From: Lama glama
Lineage: Eukaryota
Direction: 5' to 3'
Assembly: GCA_028534125.1 (NCBI GenBank)
Contig: CM052817.1
Location: 51,462,001-51,526,000, forward strand
DNA length: 64,000 bases
Both the position numbers and the translations under genes were made by a program. The notes under the pieces are model-generated. The model saw only the letters and a program-made list of their open reading frames with translations, made no database searches and was not told where the DNA came from. Below, one piece after another: positions 1 to 9,500 of this stretch. Positions within the stretch are counted from its first letter, which is position 1; each line of letters starts with the position of its first letter.

Positions 1-332
1 TTCCTTTGCAATATCTTGTGAATCTATAATTATTTCAAAATGAAATTTCTACAAAAACTCACTTTTAGTAAAATAGTTTTGACAGGCAAAACCTTAAGAG
101 AAAATGCAATGTTTTAGAAATTTGCATTCTAGGACTCTGTCACATTTTGAAGGTACTAGTGTTCACTACTATTCACCTCCCATTGGGGGCTTACAAAAAC
201 CTCTGTCCTTAGACTCGTCCACCGTGTCAGTCTGCAAGAAGGCTTCACACACAAGACGTGAGCCAGAGCTTGAAAGTGATTTTTTAAAGTACCAAGGGGA
301 AATTACTATTCTGTCTTTGGGGGCATTTTTTA

Positions 333-862
333 TCATTCTTTTTTTTTTAACATTTTTTATTGATTTATAATCATTTTACAATGTTGTGTCAAATTCCAGT
401 GTTCAGCACAATTTTTCAGTCATTCATGGACATATACACACTCATTGTCACATTTTTTTCTCTGTGATTTATCATAACATTTTGTGTATATTTCCCTGTG
501 CTATACAGCGTAATCTTGTTTATCTATTCTACAATTTTGAAATCCCAGTCTATCCCTTCCCACCCTCTACCCCACTGGTAACCACAAGTCTGTATTCTCT
601 GTCCATGAGTCTATTTCTGTCCTGTATTTATGCTTTGTTTTTGTTTGTTTGCTTGTTTTTGTTTTTGTTTTTTAGATTCCACATATGAGCGATCTCATAT
701 GGTATTTTTCTTTCTCTTTCTGGCTTACTTCACTTAGAATGACATTCTCTAGGAGCATCCGTGTTGCTGCAAATGGCGTTATGTTTTCGGTTTTTATGGC
801 TGAGTAGTATTCCATTGTATAAATATACCACATCTTCTTTATCCAGTCTTCATTCTTTTTTT
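333..862 (-). mobile_element. 5'-truncated young L1 (3' UTR, ~500 bp) with target-site duplication
   Basis: Poly-T tract then L1 3'-end sequence (ttagattccacatatgagcgat...ggctgagtagtattccattgtat). TCATTCTTTTTTT flanks both sides (333-345, 850-862) and reads TT|AAAA on the minus strand. Confidence 0.9.
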
Positions 863-1849
863 AAATTTTTCTAAACATGGAATGGAATTTGATTCTAAGA
901 CACAGTAATACTGGGAAGATATTTTGTAAAGGTAAAGAAAAGGAAGTTTTGATTTCAACCTAGATATTGTGCTCTCTAGAAGAATTGTGTTTAATATTTA
1001 AAATATGTATTTATGAAATATACACCCATTTTCATATTTTTATTAATTTCTATTTGATAAACAAATTCAGTCTTAATAATAACAATTATTGGTGGACCTA
1101 AACCAAGGTTTTGATTTGTAATGTATGTTCATGCTTAGCCCTTTTAGTGGGTCATGTTCTTTCTCAGAGGCAATCAGCACTGACAGTTAAATCTATTTTC
1201 AATTATAGCCCAAAAGACCTGATAGTATCTTTAATGGAATCTACTTTTACTACAAACCACTGCTAACATTTTCACATTTTCACAAGTCAAATAATAATTT
1301 TTACTGATTCTGTGATAAAATCCTCCTCTCTTTTCATGTATTTTAAGAAAATTGCTGTTCAAAGCCTACACATTTTGTAGCAAAGGAAGAGGGATGTTGC
1401 CAGTTATGAAGCCAGTGTGGAAAAAAGACAGGAGCAGAACGGCCGTCAACCAACTGGGGGCAATGGAGATTCCAGGAGGAAATGCATCGAAACATGATGT
1501 ATATAACAGAAAGTATGCCTCCCAGAATTGTCAGAATACTTGGAAATATTGTTGACATGCCACAAAAGTGATTAAATCAAACACATGATCTTTTTAGAAT
1601 AGGGGCAGGGGCTAACTTAAAATTTTTTATTTTAGAAATTTAGGGTAGTATAAGGTTACTCATTATCACCATCTCAACTCTCTTCTATTCCTCTGTTTCT
1701 CCTTCTTTCTTTTATTTTCTTTGTGTGTGTGCATAAGTGCATGCACATTTTCTTCTGAAATTTGTTTACTTATAATTTTCTACTGTTAAATAAATAATAA
1801 ATGTTAATAATAGAAAACACAAAAATAAAAAGTAGAAATTATCTCACCA

Positions 1850-2240
1850 TATACGAATGTCATTAATGGCACATAACTTTACACATTAAAAAAACCACTT
1901 TGTATATGCCTTTATAATTTGATATTTTAGAATTACCTTTTTATGTACACATTCTTCCAAGCATTTAAATGGCTCCATGATGTTTTATTATACAGATGTA
2001 TTTATCACTTCTTTTGAACATTAGAGTATTGGTGATTTTAAGCCATTAAAAATATATTATGTTTAATCTTTTAGTCCATTTTAATTAATTTGCTTAAATT
2101 TAATAATTGTAATTATTGGATGCAAAGCTACCCACATATTAAAGGCACAATGATACTGTAAAACCACCCTACAAAAAATGTTCTGGACTTACTTCTCACA
2201 CACCAAGTATGAGAGTACCTGAGATTATCACTGCCAATTT
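1850..2240 (-). mobile_element. Highly decayed old L1 (L1ME-like) fragment
   Basis: Degenerate L1 3' motifs such as '...ttctcacacaccaagtatgagagtacc'. Confidence 0.4.
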
Positions 2241-4089
2241 TTGCCTAGAAGCCTGATCCATGGACAATCAACAGTGTTATCAAAAGCTGGGTTGCAAATG
2301 TAACCCTTATTTGTTTATGTTATTGGGCAAATATATTAGTTTCCCCTCTAGCAAACTATAGCTAGTTACATTATAAAATATGTTCTTATATGAGTGGATT
2401 ATTTATGAATTTCAAGTCAGTATTTGAGCTGAATTTAATAAAAACCTTTCTCTGAATATGAAAAATCATACAGCTAGTTTTTCACATATCAGCAAAGACT
2501 TCTGGAGTTCAGAAGACAGTTAGAAAAGTGGAGATTTAAGTGAAGTGAGTCACTTTCACAATGTATCACTTCAGTCTTGTGACTTTTCTGAGCATACTTT
2601 TCCTCCTTCTTCAGCCCTGAGAGTCCTTATTATTTCCGCATCTGCATCTTCATATGATGCCAGTTGTCCAAGACGCTGGAGGCAAAGAGTAACCATCGAA
2701 CTACCTGGCAAGTCAGTGTGGCTCCTCATCGACGTCAGCAGCCTTGGCCTCCTAGTCCCGCACGACGTGGGCGATCATAGCACTGTGCTGTAGGGGTGAG
2801 TAGAGAATAAACCAACCGCCGCCACCAATGATAAGAATCAGTAGCTCTCAGATCACTGTAATTTATTTGAATATCTTGTTCCTTATTCTTCACTACAGAA
2901 CTCTCTACTAATACTCAGAGACAGTGGAGGATTTTATCTTATTCTCAATATTCATAGAAAAGAGAAAAAAATGAGTGCCAGAATATGATGATGAACCTGT
3001 TTAATAAGTGAAGTTTCTGATGAGTAATGATTTAATGTATTGTTAAGTAATGAAAGAATTTATATATTTAAACCCTCATTAATTTATTAAAATGCTATTA
3101 ATTCATTATTTTAAAAATTAAATACCCAACTGATAATTAAATTTAAATAATATTAAATCTAACTTTGTTAGGTAAAAAACATGGGCCATTAATAGAGAGA
3201 AGGGATTCTAGAACTTTAAAAACTTTTCTTAAAAAACAAAATAATAATGAAACTTTTTTTAATCTTAATTAAATTAAAATGCAGCATATAAAATAATGAA
3301 TGTGTCAGCATTAACCTGGTTGTGAACTTCAAGAGCTACTGTTGATTACTTAAATATATTTTAATCAATCTTTACCTTTGGGATCAAAATAATTAACATC
3401 ATCATATATGTATCCATTTCAGGAAATCATGGATCTGAAGAAGTAACTTCATCAGAGTATCTTATAGTTTCATTAGGAGATCCTATCATTTCATATCTAA
3501 AATCTACCATGGGTTAAATTTTGCTTGGCTTTTGTTTTTTTTCCCCAAATTCTCCCAAGGAAAGAAGGTAGCAAAGTGACAAAGACATTTAAAACAATTA
3601 TGTAAAAAACTGCTAAGATTAAATATTTTAGGAAACATGTTCTTTGGTTTATGGAGTTTTACTTAGATTATTTTTATAAAGATTGTTGCTTGTGTTTTCT
3701 ACCATGGTTTACGTGAGCTTCCTGCCGTCTGCTTGTGCTAATATTATCTGTCCACATACCTCAGTCTTGTTATTTTCTTGATTTGGTCCATTGTCTCCTT
3801 TGTATACAAACATATCATGTATATGGTTTTGTGTACATGAGACAGTCTTTTTCTCTATGTAATGCTCATTTAGGAGCCTTCTTTTCTTGTTTTCTTCTAT
3901 TCATTTATCTGACCCATACTATGTTATTTGGCTAATTCCTTTTAGATTTAAATAAACCTGAAAATTGTAATATTTTTATGTATTAACTGTTCCCATTTAT
4001 GCAGAACTTTTGGATAGTCCTCTTTTTTCTTGAACAACTGGTTATCAAATTTATTCTTTACTTTTGTTATATTAGAATTTTCCCACATG

Positions 4090-4310
4090 GAGTTAGTGCC
4101 ATGGGTTAAGATTTCCACATCTTACCAGCTGTTGGACTACTCAGGTTGCCTCAGGTTGCCTAATCTCATTTCCTCAGTCTTCTCATCATTAACACGGGGC
4201 TAATAATTACACAGACATGATGGCTGAAACGTCAGCGTTAAGCAAAATAATTAATGTCAAACATCACATAATGCTTCACACACAGCAAATCTTCAGTAAA
4301 TACTAGCAAG
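4090..4310 (+). mobile_element. MIR SINE fragment
   Basis: MIR-like core 'cttaccagctg...cctcagtcttctcatc...gggctaataat'; internal 10-bp duplication ctcaggttgc x2. Confidence 0.6.
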
Positions 4311-7149
4311 TCTGTTTATAAAATTGCTTTTGTTCTACTTGAATGCTGTGAAGATATATTTAGATCTATTAATATACAGAATTTAACTATAATACCTTTT
4401 ATAGTATAGTAACCATTCAAGGTGTCTTATCAAGGTATTCTGAATATCTTTTCTTCATGAAAGCTTAGTACAAAAGGCTAGATCCAAGCAGAGATTTAGA
4501 GAGATACCAGCCACTTTCTCCACTCTGAAGCTATAGTAGTTATCCCAAACAATGAGAAATGCAAACATTGTAGCCTTTGTGCAAACCAGTAGTATGAAGT
4601 AAAAAGACAAACCTAGTTTTCATGCAAGGCCACCATCTAATGTAAGTATGCTAAGGATACTTCTATGCCAAGAAATCAACACATGGCCAAATATAAGATT
4701 TCCTTTGAGATTGAGGCCCAAGCCAAACCACCCTCACTGTCTTCTCTGATTAACCTCCATTAGACCAAAATATGACTTTCATTGACATCCCTGGGGCTTC
4801 ATTTGACAGCTGTTCATTCTTCCAAAGATATGTAATAAATATTATTAAACAACCATGAGAAAGATGGCTGCTATTCAAGGTGGAGAATACAAAGTACTTT
4901 GCATTCTGTATTCTCAGTTCCATGACAAGGAGAGATAGTGTAATTCCCCACTATAGGGAACAGTGTCCCAGGTTTTCTTAGACATACCTAGTTTAAATTT
5001 TGGCTCTTTATCTCCATAGATACAGTTAGATAATTTGTTCCAGATTTTCATGCAGGAGATAGTGTCAGTGTGTTGACTGACATAAAGCAAAAAGCTATGG
5101 GTACCTGGAGAAGGAGAACCAACAAATCACTTCTTTCTTAGAAGAGACAACATCAGTCTTGAATGCTTGACTCTCCTTGGACACTGAGTAGGGTTTTAGA
5201 TGAGAGATGTGTGTAACAGGATGGGATGAGGGGAATGTTAAACATGTTTAGAGGGTGGAACTTCTGTAGAGTGGAGTGCCAGATGTAAAAGCAGAGAGCT
5301 ATGAAATGATTTAGGAAACAGGGAATTCAAAATTTTAGTGTAAAATAAAGTTGAAAATTTGAGCGCTTTATAGTAGAAGGCTTTCAATGATAGGCTGAAG
5401 AAATTTGGTAATTTTGCAGTCAATAGTAAATAATTGGAGTTAGATGAACAGAGTAGTAACAGAAATGCAAAGGATATGGAAGAAAAGGGAACTTGAAGAT
5501 CATCTTCTTCTCCACATCCCTCATTTTACTGATGAGAATACTGAGGCTGATAGGAGTAAAACAAGCTCAAAACCCCATTTAATGACCTGTTTCATACATA
5601 GCATTATTATGTATTCATTGGCTTTAGATAACTTCCTAGATAATTCTGTTTAGATATTTTTAAGTAACTCAACTGTAAATTTGGGAGGAGGGGCTTACGT
5701 TCTGAATGGTCTTCAAATAGAAACATAAATTTTAGCTTTGCCTCTCACTGTGAGGCTTTTTGCCAAACTGCAAGACTGATTCACTGCCATTCCTCTAAAT
5801 TCGCTTCATGCATTTGGAGCACATTATAATAAAAAGAAGCTGCTTTTAGATTTCTGGTGCCAAAACATTTCAGGGAAAAAAAATCAAAGATGAGCTTCCA
5901 CCTCTTTACAAAATTGCATCACTGCTGTTTTATTCTTTCATCTTTATTGCAAATATTTAAACAAAAAACAAATGTCATCAGCTAAAGATTATGATAAATT
6001 TATTGTGAAGATAAACAGGGCTCTAGATATCAAAGTTGGTGAGCAGACTCGCCTTTATTAGATGTGAGTGCAAACCTAATCTTCACTGTAATTGCTATAC
6101 ACCAAATTAAACGAGATACCTTTCTTCTAAAATCACACTTTTTTTGTAGATGCTTGCAGTCTGTTTTTTAATGCCAGTATACTAAAACTGCCCTTCGGCA
6201 GTATCTCTTTGGAAAAAAAAAAAAGAATGAGAAAATTGAAGAAAAAATAATAAAGCAAGAGAAGACATAATAGAGGTGAAACATGGAAAGTTAATTGTTT
6301 TAAACCGTTTTTTCTTAATTGTTTATAAGTCTCTCAATGCAGCAGAAGACAAGAAATTAAAGTAATTAATTAAAAAATCTTGAAATTAATTGACCCGTGC
6401 TAATTTCACCAGAATTAATCTCATATATCTGCATATCATATTATTTCTAAAACATAAAACATTCTATCAATGAAATTAATGAATTATATCATCACATCCT
6501 AAAGTATCTGGGATAGCACAATACTCAATAGCCAAATTCATTGATTCCTGCAATCTCAATCATAGCTACCGTCTCTATATTTAGAAATTCTACCATTTAC
6601 TTTGAAGAAAATATTGACTAATTATCCCATTCCAGCTACCAAAGTATTGCAAGAATAGAAAGGGTCAGTAGCAGTGAGCGATAGTTTAAGAAACTAGCCA
6701 CGGACCAAAACAGCCTGCGAATGCTTGGCTGTGTGACGACAAGGTTGTTGATGCCACAAGCCTGTGATGGGCAGCAGGCAATATGCCAAACCAAGAGACC
6801 CGCTTCTCTACGGGCTGGCTGCTTAACTCGGGCTGATTTCCCTTTAGCCTCCCAGGAGCCCCGGTCTTCGCAGGCGTTGTCAGGAGAATTCTTCACCCTA
6901 ATTATCCGTGGAGGAAGACGCGCCTTTCCCGGAGACCGCTAGGCAACACTCACCACGGCAGCCTCCACATTACTTCCCCCCGTGGGTGTGTGACTTCGTC
7001 TAAGCAACTCATACTTACAGTAGATTCTCACTGGCGAGGCTGCGAGCAGCAGAGGGCGGGGGAGCTGGGAAGAGGAGGAGGGAGGAGGGTGGGAGGCGCA
7101 GAGCCGGGAGGCCGAGGAGACGACGGAGCTCCAGACTCAGCAGGAGCGC

Positions 7150-7871
7150 GTCGTGGCGGTGCAGTTTCAAGCTCGCCGGCCCAGCCGCTCACACGTCGCC
7201 TCCTCCCCGAGCAGCGGGAACCGCAGCAGCTCCGGGCCGCCGCCGCCGGGCTCCGCGCTCCTGTCCGCTCGCCGCCGTCAGTCCCTCCCCTCGTCGTCGC
7301 TCAGCCCGCAGCTATTTCCTCCTGCCTCTTTGAACTCTCTGGATCTTTTCCTTTGCTCGCCTCTCCCGTGTTTTCCCCACCCTGTATTTTCCCAACTCCT
7401 CTCCTCTTCTCCTTAGCCGCCCTGCTTTTTTCTCCTCTTTTTTATTGAGGAATTCTGCTTGACTTCAGATGACCTGTCTTCTTCACCTTCGTCCACTTAA
7501 GCCCTGAAGACTGAAAAGGAGCCTTTATCTTCCTCCCAGTGACATTTCAAAGCCCCCAATCCTTAAAAGTCTAAAGAGGCAAGGAACAGGACGCGGGACC
7601 TTCTCGGCACCCTTGAGTCCAGTCCCGAATTGCACTATCAACCGTAACTAGTATTTCATTGAACCCCACGGGAGAGGAGCAGGGAGCAAACTTCAGCCCT
7701 CTCGGAGGATCCGTGGTTCCCACATTTGTACGAGCCGCGTGCCAGAAGGTGAAGGAGCTCACGGGGAACGAGGAGGAGCCGCGAGCCTCTGTTGCCCCCT
7801 CCGCGAGGCGGGAGCCGTGAGCCGTGGACTGAGCGGCGCGGGACAGCGGCGGCGGAGGCGGCGAGGAGAAG
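7150..7871 (+). other. EPHA5: Probable long 5' UTR of EPHA5 (TSS position approximate)
   Basis: Lies between the GC box/purine tract and the ATG. The TSS is inferred, not observed. Confidence 0.5.
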
Positions 7872-8058
7872 ATGCGGGGCTCGGGGCCCCGGGGTGCGGG
7901 ACGCCGGCGGCCCCCGGGCGGTGGCGGCGACGGCGACGCCCCCAGCACCCCTGCGTCTCTGGCCGGCTGCTACTCCGCACCTCGCAGGGCCCCCCTCTGG
8001 ACGTGCCTTCTCCTGTGCGCCGCACTCCGGACCCTCCTGGCCAGCCCCAGCAACGAAG
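7872..8058 (+). CDS. EPHA5: EPH receptor A5, coding exon 1 (N-terminal leader/signal peptide; 62 codons + 1 nt, phase-1 donor)
   Basis: Translates [62 protein letters not shown], which I recognise as the EphA5 N-terminus. ATG context is aagATGc (A at -3). It ends at AAG|GTAGAG and splices in frame to exon 2 (G|TG = Val). Confidence 0.97.
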
Positions 8059-9467
8059 GTAGAGCGGTGGGGGTGGGGAGCGCGGTGACCCCGGGCGGAG
8101 GGGCGAGGCGGGGCCTGGAAGCGCGGGTCTGAGCGCTCTGGACGCGGCTGCCGCGGATGAAATCGCACCCTTCGTCTCGAACTAACATTTGTTTTCCGCT
8201 TTCGCTAGCTTTTTCCCTCGCTCTCCGCCTTCTCTGGTTGCATTGTTTGACATTAGCTGCGGAGTGCTCGGCGACGAACCTGCCAGTGGACCGAAGCTGG
8301 CTGGGGGGCTGGGAAGTTGGAAGCCAGGGGGTGAAAGGGCTCCGAGACCCTCGCTGGGTGGTTGGGTGCGGCTGTGCCTCACTTGAAGCGCGTGTGGAAG
8401 TGATATTCGGGGCTTGAAGGATTGGGAACTGTTTGGAGCGCAGTGACAGGGATCTCGGGAGCGGTGGGGCTTTTAGAAACCGTTATTTGAGGCCAGGGAT
8501 GGGAAACGTTGTGGAGGTGGCTGAATGCTTTTATTTTGAGAGAAAGTGCCTTCTGGGAGGTGTTATTTAGGGCATCACCAGCTGCTATTCCGGGGTGGCT
8601 GGTGAGAGCCGTTATTTCTCGAGGGAGGGGAATGGCGTAGGACGAAAGGCGCCCCACACTGTGGGGTGCCCTTCACTTTGGGGGTTCATAATCACACTGA
8701 GGCGAAAGTGGAAGAAAGCAGAAGGTGGGATGCCGCGGGAGGGGGAGGAGGGTGGGGGGGTGTCGCCGCCAGGAGGGTGCTGCGGAAACCCTCTGGTCAC
8801 GTCTCCCCATGTTTCCGTGAGGGAAAAGCCCCGCTACGGATCCTGGAGTCCCCAGCTCTCCTCCCCACCCCCAATCCTGCGCTCTGGACCCAGATGACTG
8901 TCCCCGCCTTGCACCGGGAGAGTAGGGCCGGCGCGGGAGCAGCACCTGCGCGGCGCTCTCGACTCTCGGAGCTGCGCTCAGCCCCTCGGCCTGCGGGTTC
9001 CCTCTCCCTCCTCTCACACGGCCGGACAGCGCTCAAAGGCGCATCTCTCTAGGGTGGGGGGCAGCACCTCAGATCCGGGTCAGGGCTGCGAGGAGCCCTC
9101 AGCTCCACCACGAAAACATCGGAAAGCCTACCCCCTCGGCTGGAAGACTGGGGTTTCGATTTGGGGCTCCACATCCCCCGCGTGAGGCACAGCAACTTCG
9201 AAAATTCCTTCCACTCGTGGGGCAGGGAACACTGGACGGGAAAGATGAAGCAGCCGCGGCGGAGTCGTGTGTCCTCGTGACTTGCACGGGTTGTGTCTTG
9301 GCTATAGGAGAAGGCGCTGAGCTGGTTTCGGAACGCTGCCAGCTCCCCAGCAACCGTGTGAAAAGCAGGGCAGATCGAGACAACTCACCCCACCCCATGA
9401 ACTTCTCTGTTTAACCTTTAAATTTATTTTTAAAAACCTGATTTAAGAATTATACGTAGATCCATCT

Positions 9468-9500
9468 ATCTACCTACTACCTACCTACCTACCTACCTAC
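9468..9500. repeat. (CTAC)n tetranucleotide repeat, imperfect
   Basis: tctacctactacctacctacctacctacctac seen directly. Confidence 0.9.

Larger units (their letters stand above)
6800..9400. promoter_or_regulatory. EPHA5: CpG island covering EPHA5 promoter, 5' UTR, exon 1 and proximal intron 1
   Basis: Abrupt rise in GC and CpG density against AT-rich flanks. GC box GGGCGG at 7054-7059 and a GGA-rich purine tract at 7061-7096. No clear TATA box. Confidence 0.92.

Noticed and set aside
7872..8132. 86-aa ORF as a complete protein
   Set aside because: Only the first 62 codons are EphA5; the rest is read-through into intron 1 past the donor at 8059.
9013..9033. REST/NRSE site (CGGACAGCGCT)
   Set aside because: Only the right half-site matches; the TCAGCACC left half is absent. 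The same applies to GGACAGCGGC at 7841.
6636..9414. Many overlapping 60-170 aa ORFs on both strands
   Set aside because: Expected from stop-codon scarcity in a GC-rich CpG island; Pro/Arg/Gly/Ala-rich with no recognisable domain.
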